Source: a virus (lineage: Duplodnaviria; Caudoviricetes). Taken from it: 26,520 nt of DNA. The notes beneath the pieces were generated by a model. That model worked only from the letters and a program-made list of their open reading frames with translations. It was not told the DNA's origin and searched no databases. Positions 16,776 through 24,382 of the stretch are shown here, one piece after another. The stretch lies in IMG/VR virus record IMGVR_UViG_3300012145_000008, positions 1 to 26,520 of that record. The stretch is one strand, 5' to 3'. The position numbers and the translations under genes are program-made. Position 1 is the first letter of the stretch. Every line of letters starts with the position of its first letter.

Positions 16776-16793
16776 AAAAATATAATACCACGA

Positions 16794-16991
16794 TTACCCC
16801 AGTCGGTTGATGACTTTCTTATAAACGTCTTTATCGGTTGCGAGTAACTCGACTAAGACATCGAGTATATCTTGTCGGTTGACGTTACGCTTAGTCTCAT
16901 CAGAGATCTCAATTTGAGACCGTCCTAGATCAGACGCTCGGTCTGGATCGATTGAGTACGTTCGCCGCTTTCTTTTAATTTCTGTATCCAT
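16794..16991 (-). CDS. Small DNA-binding protein, ribbon-helix-helix-like
   Basis: Basic beta-strand KRRTYSID followed by two predicted helices (NRQDILDVLVELL). Confidence 0.5.
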   Translation of the reverse strand: MDTEIKRKRRTYSIDPDRASDLGRSQIEISDETKRNVNRQDILDVLVELLATDKDVYKKVINRLG

Positions 16992-17080
16992 ATCACTGAG
17001 TATAACTTATTAGTATCATATCATACTATCATACGTGTGTATAACTAGAGGGTAAGAAAGCTCCAAGGAGTAACTAAAGT

Positions 17081-17106
17081 AAAGAGACCAGCCGTAGCCG
17101 GTCCCT
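17081..17106 (-). terminator. Intrinsic terminator
   Basis: GGGACCGGC-TACG-GCTGGTCTC-TTT, with a cUACGg tetraloop. Confidence 0.7.
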
Positions 17107-17127
17107 AGATATTAGATCACCTCCTCT

Positions 17128-17316
17128 CTACCGGGGATCACAATAGCGACACCCATAAACAAAGATCGAATGGTGAGGACATCCGAACATCATGTCCGGT
17201 CTCACCGCCGGCTCCGTCCTCTGACTCGGTACCGCATCAAGATCGAGCGTATATTGCTCAGCTTGTCGAAACCTCTCATCGAGAGGGAGTAGCCTCTGTA
17301 CATTTTTATCAAACAT
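17128..17316 (-). CDS. Small Cys/His-rich protein (monocistronic)
   Basis: 62 aa ending CPHH...CRYC. Shine-Dalgarno AGGAGGAG at 17321-17328, TGGTACTAT at 17346-17354 and its own terminator. Confidence 0.6.
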   Translation of the reverse strand: MFDKNVQRLLPLDERFRQAEQYTLDLDAVPSQRTEPAVRPDMMFGCPHHSIFVYGCRYCDPR

Positions 17317-17399
17317 CTCACTCCTCCTGGTTGCTGTCTATTCTCATAGTACCACACGCTTAATCCCGACAGAGTGTGAGGATCCCCAGTCGCTGAAAA

Positions 17400-17865
17400 T
17401 AGCCTTATTTATCAACAAACGAGATGTAACAGTTGTAACGGTTTGTAACGGTCACTATAGTCGACTACTGTTACAAGATTCAGCCTTATAAATAAGGTTA
17501 GAATCACTTTTGTAACAGTTGTAACAGTCTATTTTAATAAATAAATATATATATAATAAATAGGTATACAGTGCTGGAGCGTAGTATAAAAAATAACCGT
17601 TACAACTTTTGCCGTTACAAATCTCAATACACGGCTCTAAATAAGGCTATAATCTTGTAACGCATACTAAAAACTAAAAACGGTTTTACTTTTTTTACTG
17701 TTACAGCCTTATTTATAAAGCTATTATTGATGTTACAACCTCCAGATTTGACAAAATAAAAAGCCGTGTCCACTCAATACACGGCTCTAAATAAGGCTAT
17801 AATCTTGTAACGCATACTACAAAACGACACATATAAAGAAAATACCCTTATAAATAAGGGTATAA
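17400..17865. other. Putative replication origin (iteron-like repeat region)
   Basis: Non-coding and AT-rich, with more than 10 TGTAAC/GTTACA hexamers in both orientations and recurrent AGCCTTAT/ATAAGGCT; directly downstream of the VapE gene. Confidence 0.7.
17623..17819. repeat. 47-bp perfect direct repeat (17623-17669 and 17773-17819)
   Basis: CTCAATACACGGCTCTAAATAAGGCTATAATCTTGTAACGCATACTA occurs twice, 150 bp apart. Confidence 0.9.
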
Positions 17866-17871
17866 TCATCA

Positions 17872-19224
17872 TTAGAACTCTTTTTCTCCAATTTCCAGCG
17901 GCTTATCAGCCCATCGTCCCTTATATCGACGCTTAGTGTCGTCGGAAAATATCCATCTCCGAGCGACTTTTTCTTTCAATTCTCCCAGTCTGACCGTTTT
18001 TGACTCCATACCCATCTTGCGGAGCGTCCGACCGATCTCCCACTCGATATTTTTATCCATGATCGGCGTCGCTCGATGTTCATGGATCTCAGCGATAGCT
18101 CCGATAAATACCTCCTTAACAGTGATCCCATCTCGACGCTTAGTCATCGATAATCCCAGGTACCAGTCCTCAATATCCTCCATATGAGTCTCAGCGGCGG
18201 TCCTTGATTCCTGGAGCTCATCGAGATCATCCTTTGGATACTCCCAGGTCGTCTCCTTAAGGACCTCGACTCTATGATAAGCCTCAGCATACAGCTGATC
18301 TCTATTCTCAGTAATCCAGTCGACGTCAGCCTCTTTAGTGAGCTTGACCGGGAGCCATCGACGATTACCCGTCTCGTCCTTGAGATAGTCAGTATCATTA
18401 GTCGTCATCGCAAAAACACATCCTCGCTTTATAGTGTCTGGAGTCCGAGCGTATGGAGTCCGATATTGATCCTCTGTCTTAGTGATCAGAGCTTTCACTT
18501 GCCGGACGCCGGCTCGACTGAGGATATCTCCCTCACTAAACTCGACAATCGTATTACGTGCGAGTACCTGGAAAAAGTCCTTATCACTCGAGTAAGTGGT
18601 CTCGACGTGCCATGGATCCCCCAGAGCTCGGAGACTCGATGACTTTCTAGTCCCTTGACCTCCCTCGAGTACCAGCACCTCATCAAACTGACAGCCGGGA
18701 TAGAGCACTCGCTTGACTAGACCTTTCATCCAGTTACTCCCGATCGACGCATACAGTTTATCGACTGGAGCTCCAAACGCATCATTTAACCAGGTATCAA
18801 GTCGAGGCTTTTTATCCCAGACAAGCTCTCGGATATAATCTTGAGGAGGATTAACTCGGACGTTACGACTGATAGCGAGCATGGCATTAGTGACCATATC
18901 TCTCGAGACCTTAGCGAGAAAATGATAATCACTAGACATCCATCGCTGGAGATTATAAATATCTCCGTCAGTCATATCCGACCAGTTACCCTCGGGATCG
19001 AGTACCTCGGTCGAGTGTGAGAAATCATTAAATCTGAGCTTACCTTTATACTCATCGCTCTCGAGTAATCGACAGACGTTCTCCATTATTAAAAGTGGGT
19101 ACTCATTTTTACCGCCGGACATTACATAATCCGGAGCCGCTGGATCTGCTACTGGATCAAGTCCCATCGCGATCAGCTCCTCGTTACTTTGTTTTAGCTC
19201 CTCCTTGTTTACTTTATTATCCAT
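17872..19224 (-). CDS. VapE (virulence-associated E) family P-loop ATPase, replicative helicase
   Basis: WDKKPRLDTW, PGCQFDEVLVLEGGQGTRKSS, DQYRTPYAR and VFAMTTN...YLKDETGNRRWLPV. Confidence 0.92.
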   Translation of the reverse strand: MDNKVNKEELKQSNEELIAMGLDPVADPAAPDYVMSGGKNEYPLLIMENVCRLLESDEYKGKLRFNDFSHSTEVLDPEGNWSDMTDGDIYNLQRWMSSDYHFLAKVSRDMVTNAMLAISRNVRVNPPQDYIRELVWDKKPRLDTWLNDAFGAPVDKLYASIGSNWMKGLVKRVLYPGCQFDEVLVLEGGQGTRKSSSLRALGDPWHVETTYSSDKDFFQVLARNTIVEFSEGDILSRAGVRQVKALITKTEDQYRTPYARTPDTIKRGCVFAMTTNDTDYLKDETGNRRWLPVKLTKEADVDWITENRDQLYAEAYHRVEVLKETTWEYPKDDLDELQESRTAAETHMEDIEDWYLGLSMTKRRDGITVKEVFIGAIAEIHEHRATPIMDKNIEWEIGRTLRKMGMESKTVRLGELKEKVARRWIFSDDTKRRYKGRWADKPLEIGEKEF

Positions 19225-19227
19225 AAG

Positions 19228-19271
19228 TGTTTACAAGTTGTTTACAAGTCATTGCTCAGTATGATATCATA
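19228..19271. promoter_or_regulatory. Divergent control region: palindrome TATGATATCATA plus tandem TGTTTACAAGT x2
   Basis: The palindrome at 19260-19271 reads TGATATCAT on both strands; 11-bp tandem repeats lie at 19228-19238 and 19239-19249. Confidence 0.65.
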
Positions 19272-19278
19272 TATAACG

Positions 19279-19488
19279 ATGACTACAAAATTAACAGGGG
19301 ATAAACGACAACAGATAGAGCATCACGAGGCTGAGAAACGCCGGGAGATTATCTGGAGCCTTAAAGCTCAAGGGCATAGCAATGCAATGATCGGACGGAT
19401 CTTTAATATAACCAGAGTCCGAGTCGGAGTAATTGTCAAAAGTATCCCGGCTAACTATAAGTCGCCATGGATCAAGATACGACAATAA
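19279..19488 (+). CDS. Helix-turn-helix DNA-binding protein (sigma-70 region 4-like)
   Basis: RREIIWSLKAQGHSNAMIGRIFNITRVRVGVIV; ATG at 19279 is 8 nt after TGATATCAT. Confidence 0.75.
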   Translation: MTTKLTGDKRQQIEHHEAEKRREIIWSLKAQGHSNAMIGRIFNITRVRVGVIVKSIPANYKSPWIKIRQ

Positions 19489-20045
19489 GCGTAGAGATCG
19501 ACGGGAGCTGGTACGAGATACCAAACTACCGTCCGGAGACGCTCGGACTCACTAAAGCCCTGGAGCTTTTTGAGGACAGTATCCCGGATATAAAAGAGGC
19601 GTGTCAGCTCAATATCCTACACATAATGAGAGACAATCCTAAGATCGAGCCCTCTGGAGATGAGACGCTCGACTGGGTACTGCAGGGACTTAGAGAGGAG
19701 CGGATAAAATCAGCCGTCGAGCACTATCAAAAGACGCTCAAGCGGATAAAATCGAGAGAGGACGCTCGGCGTAATCCGCACCGGACCAGTATCACTGACG
19801 AGATGATCGAGGCGGCGAGGGAGTATCCGATCAGTGATATGTATGACGGACACTTACGAGGCGGCGAGGATCGGAGACGTTTCGGGATCTGTCCATTTCA
19901 CTCGGAGTCGACTGGATCATTTTGTATCCATCCCGACAATCGCTGGAGTTGCTTTGGAGCTTGTAATGAGCATGGTGACTCGATCTCGTACTATCAAAAA
20001 ATTAACAGTGTCTCCTTTCCGGAGGCGGTAAAAGCAATGCAATAA
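19467..20045 (+). CDS. Protein with a C-terminal primase-type CHC2 zinc finger
   Basis: GICPFHSESTGSFCI...WSCFGACNEHGDSISYYQKINSVSFPEAVK. No TOPRIM domain follows. Confidence 0.88.
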   Translation: MDQDTTISVEIDGSWYEIPNYRPETLGLTKALELFEDSIPDIKEACQLNILHIMRDNPKIEPSGDETLDWVLQGLREERIKSAVEHYQKTLKRIKSREDARRNPHRTSITDEMIEAAREYPISDMYDGHLRGGEDRRRFGICPFHSESTGSFCIHPDNRWSCFGACNEHGDSISYYQKINSVSFPEAVKAMQ

Positions 20046-20050
20046 CTACT

Positions 20051-21280
20051 ATGACTCAAGATACAGCTCTCGATATACTAAAAAATACAAACGATAACGT
20101 CTTTTTGACCGGAGCTCCCGGGACCGGTAAGTCGTACCTTATAAATAAATACGTCGCCTGGAGTGAGGATAACGGGGAGCTCCCGGTAATGACCGCCTCG
20201 ACTGGGATAGCGGCATTAAATGTAAACGGACGGACGCTCCATAGCTGGGGAGGACTCCGTAACGATCAGCCGCTCTCGGACCAGGACGTCGACGATATCC
20301 TCGATGGATACTCATACACGAATTACGTCGAGACTGAGACACTGATCATCGACGAGATATCGATGGTCTCATCATCACTGATCGAGAGCCTCAATAGGAT
20401 CGCAAAAAGAGCTCGAGGACGTAATCAGTTTATGGGAGGGATCCGAGTCATTGTCGTCGGAGACTTTTACCAGCTCCCTCCAGTCAAGGGACGATTTGCT
20501 TTCGAGTCTGAGGACTGGGACGAGGGAGATTTTACCGTTGCTTATCTGACTGAGCAAAAGCGACAGACTGAGCTGGTCTTTACTGAGATCCTCCAGAACA
20601 TCCGAGCGGGATTCCTTACGGAACCCCAAAAGGATATCATCCGGTCTCGCATTATTAAAGACGCTGACGAGGTTGAAAATCCAAAGATCCGACTCGATAC
20701 GCATAATAAAAAGGTCGATCTCATCAATAATCGACAGCTGGAGCGGCTCAAAACGCCTCCTCAGACGTACGTTATGCAAAAAGAGGGTAAGTATCCAGAC
20801 GCCATCGAGAAACTCATTAAAAACTGTCTCAGCCCGGAGAGACTGATACTTAAAGTCGGTACTCCGGTCCTCTTTACTCGTAATGATAGCGAGCTCCGAT
20901 GGGTAAACGGTACGCAAGGGATCATCATCGAGCTCAAGAGTCACTCGGTAATAGTCGAGCTGACAAACGGTCTCAAGTATGAGGTTGATCCGATGACCTG
21001 GGAGGCGTCCAGTGGGTACGGTAAAAATCGTAAGATCTATGCTGAGATCAGTCAGCTCCCTCTCAAGCTCGCCTGGGCGATCACGATCCATAAGTCTCAA
21101 GGGATGACCCTGGACCGAGCGATCGTCGACGTCTCGCACGCTTTCGCTGAGGGACAGGCGTACGTCGCTGTCTCTCGAGTGAGGACGCTGGAGGGATTGC
21201 ATTTCCAGGGATTCTTGAGTCAAGGATTTTTTAGAGTGAGTAAAAAAGTGATTGCTTATGACAAAACGATCAAGCCATAA
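20051..21280 (+). CDS. PIF1/RecD-like SF1B helicase
   Basis: FLTGAPGTGKS, TASTGIAA, LIIDEISMV, GDFYQLPPV, QLPLKLAWAITIHKSQGMTLD and GQAYVAVSR. Confidence 0.95.
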   Translation: MTQDTALDILKNTNDNVFLTGAPGTGKSYLINKYVAWSEDNGELPVMTASTGIAALNVNGRTLHSWGGLRNDQPLSDQDVDDILDGYSYTNYVETETLIIDEISMVSSSLIESLNRIAKRARGRNQFMGGIRVIVVGDFYQLPPVKGRFAFESEDWDEGDFTVAYLTEQKRQTELVFTEILQNIRAGFLTEPQKDIIRSRIIKDADEVENPKIRLDTHNKKVDLINNRQLERLKTPPQTYVMQKEGKYPDAIEKLIKNCLSPERLILKVGTPVLFTRNDSELRWVNGTQGIIIELKSHSVIVELTNGLKYEVDPMTWEASSGYGKNRKIYAEISQLPLKLAWAITIHKSQGMTLDRAIVDVSHAFAEGQAYVAVSRVRTLEGLHFQGFLSQGFFRVSKKVIAYDKTIKP

Positions 21281-21578
21281 GACCGAGCTCCATAAACGAT
21301 ATCGAGACTACCTCCATAAGTTTAAGCTGGGAGTCGATTTTACCGTCGACGAGACGACCTGGATCCCTAAAAAAAAACTCAAACAGCTCGCACTCTCGCA
21401 AGGCTACAGTCTCAAGGAGATCGGGACGGCACTTAGAGCCCTGGAGGATGACGTCGATATCGCTTTAGTATGGCACTCAAAAGATCGGACCGAGTACGTC
21501 TGTCGAGTACCGATGACAGCTAAAGAGAGACGACAGCGTGAGGAGGACGTCGCCTGGTTCGATAGCCTCCCGGGATAG
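21252..21578 (+). CDS. Hypothetical protein (possible winged helix)
   Basis: About 106-108 aa, overlapping the helicase end, with backbone-like codon usage. Confidence 0.6.
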   Translation: MLMTKRSSHKTELHKRYRDYLHKFKLGVDFTVDETTWIPKKKLKQLALSQGYSLKEIGTALRALEDDVDIALVWHSKDRTEYVCRVPMTAKERRQREEDVAWFDSLPG

Positions 21579-21593
21579 TATATAATTAACATT

Positions 21594-21764
21594 ATGATAA
21601 TCGGAGATCGAATACGCCGGACGCTTCCTGGAGGAGACGTCGACATTAAAGTTATAGAGACGCAAGCTCAGCTCGATTACTATCGATCACTCGAGCCGGA
21701 GGTAAAGATCGAGATCCTCCCAGCAATACCAGACGACGGCGTTTGTGTCGCTTGCGAGGGATAA
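21594..21764 (+). CDS. Microprotein, 56 aa, ending in CVACEG
   Basis: Translated by hand: MIIGDRIRRTLPGGDVDIKVIETQAQLDYYRSLEPEVKIEILPAIPDDGVCVACEG*. TATAAT lies 7 nt upstream. Confidence 0.7.
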   Translation: MIIGDRIRRTLPGGDVDIKVIETQAQLDYYRSLEPEVKIEILPAIPDDGVCVACEG

Positions 21765-21867
21765 AGAAAAGTAAAAATCCACTCTTTAAATCGCTAATTC
21801 TAGCCATTTAAATACAAAAAAACGTCGAAATAGCCTTAGAATACGTCAAAAAGACTATTTTAAATAC

Positions 21868-21899
21868 TAAAAATCCCAGTATTTAAACTGGGATTTTTA
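21868..21899. terminator. Bidirectional intrinsic terminator between convergent operons
   Basis: Perfect 13-bp inverted repeat TAAAAATCCCAGT-ATTTAA-ACTGGGATTTTTA. Confidence 0.85.
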
Positions 21900-21915
21900 C
21901 TTTACAATCAGCGTA

Positions 21916-22812
21916 TTAAAACGCTTTGTCCGGATTAGCCGGCTCACTCGCATCGTCCTCATCTCCCTCAGACTCAAACGGTAGCTCAGCATCATCCTCG
22001 ACCTCCTCTCCATCTGTAAAGGCGATCGATGCTTGCTCCTCGTCGTACTTAGCGATCGTCTCTGACAGCTCGTCAGACTGATCTAGTACGCTCGCAAGCT
22101 CCTCATCTGTACACGGACGTCCCATCTCAAACGTCATCGTGTAAAAGTCCTTAGCTCCTTTCTCCAGGACTCCAGCGAGGATAGTTTTACGCATAAATAT
22201 CCCTCCCTCTTTATCGAGTTTCTGGAGATAATCGTAAAAGCTATCCAGTTTCGGATCTCGAGTCTTAGACCCTAGAGCCGCTCCCTTGACGATCAATAGA
22301 GCAAGCTCTCCGTCGGGTAGTAAGATGTATACCTCTTGGACAGTCCGGAGATTCTCGAATTGCTCTCGCATCTCTCGAGCTGGTCCTTTAGCGATCATCT
22401 TATTATCACTCCAAATCACTACAGTATGAGTCGGATGACCATGCTGAGATGATGACATCACTTGGAAACCTTGCGAGTCTCGAGCGATCAGTCGTCGTCG
22501 GATCTTTACAAACGTGACCTCGATCGGAGATCCTAGATCCTCCGTTTCTGGACGCTTATCAGAGTCCTTACCGACCATAATCATCTTACGATAATTGACC
22601 GGCGGTCGTTTCATTGTGTCCGTACCCTCGACCTCTACAGCGTCAGCGTTTCCGTTTAACGCTACTCGGTTTAATACTGGGAGCCGTGTGCCTCCAGCTT
22701 GTACTCCGGATTGCTCCTTGAGTCGAGCGAGTTGCTCCTCAGATAGTCCGGGAGCTTTTTTAGTAGCTGGAGCCTTTTTGGTCGTTGCTTTTGTTGTTGG
22801 TGTATTTGACAT
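21916..22812 (-). CDS. Probable single-stranded DNA-binding / annealing protein
   Basis: 298 aa, beta-rich core, long acidic tail ending in Phe, located in the recombination cluster. No diagnostic family motif recognised. Confidence 0.55.
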   Translation of the reverse strand: MSNTPTTKATTKKAPATKKAPGLSEEQLARLKEQSGVQAGGTRLPVLNRVALNGNADAVEVEGTDTMKRPPVNYRKMIMVGKDSDKRPETEDLGSPIEVTFVKIRRRLIARDSQGFQVMSSSQHGHPTHTVVIWSDNKMIAKGPAREMREQFENLRTVQEVYILLPDGELALLIVKGAALGSKTRDPKLDSFYDYLQKLDKEGGIFMRKTILAGVLEKGAKDFYTMTFEMGRPCTDEELASVLDQSDELSETIAKYDEEQASIAFTDGEEVEDDAELPFESEGDEDDASEPANPDKAF

Positions 22813-22980
22813 ATAGTCGATTATTTTAACAGTTTTATTAACGATAGAGACTATGCTCGATCGACGACTGGGGAGGATATAGTGCCTTAGAATCTTGTTA
22901 GATCCGTAAGGTCCTCTCTATCCTTTTGATCCCCAGTTGTCGACCGACCATCCTCTGTCACTTAGTATGATATCACATAA

Positions 22981-23160
22981 TCATATGATATCAAGTATGT
23001 ATTTATCCCCAGATATCATCCCTCTCATTAACTTTTTTTCCAGTCTGTTTAATTCTTTATTACTAACGACGGGCGTTTTTAAAAGTGATTGCAATTTTTT
23101 GATATATTGTATTCTGTTTAATTCTTTATTAACTTTTTTCTCTAGTTTTTCTATTGTCAT
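22981..23160 (-). CDS. Small AT-rich basic protein, 59 aa, with an internal duplication
   Basis: Translated by hand: MTIEKLEKKVNKELNRIQYIKKLQSLLKTPVVSNKELNRLEKKLMRGMISGDKYILDII*. ATGA-coupled to the nuclease stop. Confidence 0.55.
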   Translation of the reverse strand: MTIEKLEKKVNKELNRIQYIKKLQSLLKTPVVSNKELNRLEKKLMRGMISGDKYILDII

Positions 23161-23762
23161 AAAGTATCAATATAATCCGACGCTTTCTCGTACGCCGCAA
23201 TAAAGCGAGCCTGGATCTTGAGGATCTCGAGAGCTGTTATCTCGACCGTCAGCACCCTCCTCTCTCCAGTGAGATAGATCCCGGCGTCCTCATCGTTAGC
23301 GGTCTCCAGGGAGATAAGGAGAGCTCGAGTCGGAGCCTTACCAGTGACAGACTTACGGAGTAAAGCGTACGTCCGGAGCTGACCATGATCGTTAGCCTGT
23401 TGCTGGGACCATAAAAGTCTACCTGTTTTATATTCCAGAATGATATCACCTCCTCCAGCAATATCATCAAGAGTCCCTACAATTTCAAAAGAACAGCTTT
23501 TACCACCCTTTTTATATTTAATGGTGGCGACAATAGTCTCCTCTGGACTTTCTCCTTTCGGTACGCCTTTTAACTTTAGTTTTCCTCGCTCAATCATGTT
23601 ATGGACGTGCGTACCAAAAGCCATAGCTGGACTCTCACGTTTATCCATTACGCCAGTCGCGCGTTTATACCAAGTGGCGACGTTACTCTCGATAGCAATC
23701 AGGTCCGACCAGCTTATTGCCTGGACTCCGTTGTATCGGGGATGTGGGGGTAGGTTAGACAT
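23157..23762 (-). CDS. PD-(D/E)XK nuclease (RecB/Cas4-like exonuclease)
   Basis: ISWSDL, AMAFGTHVH, GTLDD, ILEYKTG and QLRTYA; likely start MSNLPPHP at 23762. Confidence 0.85.
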   Translation of the reverse strand: MSNLPPHPRYNGVQAISWSDLIAIESNVATWYKRATGVMDKRESPAMAFGTHVHNMIERGKLKLKGVPKGESPEETIVATIKYKKGGKSCSFEIVGTLDDIAGGGDIILEYKTGRLLWSQQQANDHGQLRTYALLRKSVTGKAPTRALLISLETANDEDAGIYLTGERRVLTVEITALEILKIQARFIAAYEKASDYIDTL

Positions 23763-24156
23763 ATTGTTTTTTAGAATTACGAACTCTTTGTTTTGAGTGA
23801 AGACTGGCATGATACGACTGATTCATTAACTCAAGATTTTCGATACGGTTGTCAGAATTATCTCCATTTATATGATGTACAATCTCAGTCTTTAAAAGCT
23901 TACGCCCGAGATGTTTGCTCATTATTAAACGGTGACTTAAATCATATTTTTTACCAGACTCATCTCTAGCTGAGACTTTAATTCTCTCAAGTGAATAGCC
24001 ATCACTTCTTTTAACTTTGCCACCCTTCCAGTTAGAATTTTTATTACCAGTCCGGCTTTTGCCACGACAAGAGTATGAACAAAAATTGCTTGACTCTTTT
24101 CTATATAGAGCCACTTTATAAGCTTTATCACAAAGTTTACATTTCTTGTTAATCAT
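23755..24156 (-). CDS. HNH endonuclease with an N-terminal Zn finger
   Basis: CKLC...FCSYSC, NWKGG and HRLIMSKHLGRKL..EIVHHINGDNSDNRIENLEL. Confidence 0.9.
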   Translation of the reverse strand: MINKKCKLCDKAYKVALYRKESSNFCSYSCRGKSRTGNKNSNWKGGKVKRSDGYSLERIKVSARDESGKKYDLSHRLIMSKHLGRKLLKTEIVHHINGDNSDNRIENLELMNQSYHASLHSKQRVRNSKKQYV

Positions 24157-24157
24157 A

Positions 24158-24376
24158 CTATTTCAATCCCAGCCGAATAAACTTAGCCATCTTCAGAGCA
24201 TTAGCCCGGGATCCGATCCGTCTCATCTCTGATCGAGTTGCACAATGACGACGCCATCCGTTCATATATCGACGATGATCTCGAGACTTGATCAGATCTC
24301 TTTTACGTTGCTCCGGAGAGCGTAATGCTCGTCGGATCCGTTCCATTAGCGTCAGTCGCTTTTTTGATTTTTGCAT
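24158..24376 (-). CDS. Small basic hypothetical protein
   Basis: 72-aa Arg-rich ORF, tightly packed with its neighbours. Confidence 0.55.
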   Translation of the reverse strand: MQKSKKRLTLMERIRRALRSPEQRKRDLIKSRDHRRYMNGWRRHCATRSEMRRIGSRANALKMAKFIRLGLK

Positions 24377-24382
24377 ACAGTT

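Noticed and set aside
17623-17819. 47-bp direct repeat considered as CRISPR, att site or DGR template/variable repeat
   Set aside because: Only two identical copies 150 bp apart, no adenine-specific mismatches, and no cas, integrase or reverse transcriptase in the window.
20375-21223. 282-aa antisense ORF opposite the PIF1 helicase
   Set aside because: No recognisable motifs or start context; best explained as a codon-bias shadow of a well-supported gene.
21369-21377. A9 tract as a phase-variation or frameshift site
   Set aside because: It encodes KKK in frame and no sensible alternative-frame product is apparent.
21765-21867. AT-rich gap between convergent operons considered as a dif or attP site
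   Set aside because: No convincing XerC/XerD arms or core repeat; only the terminator is supported.
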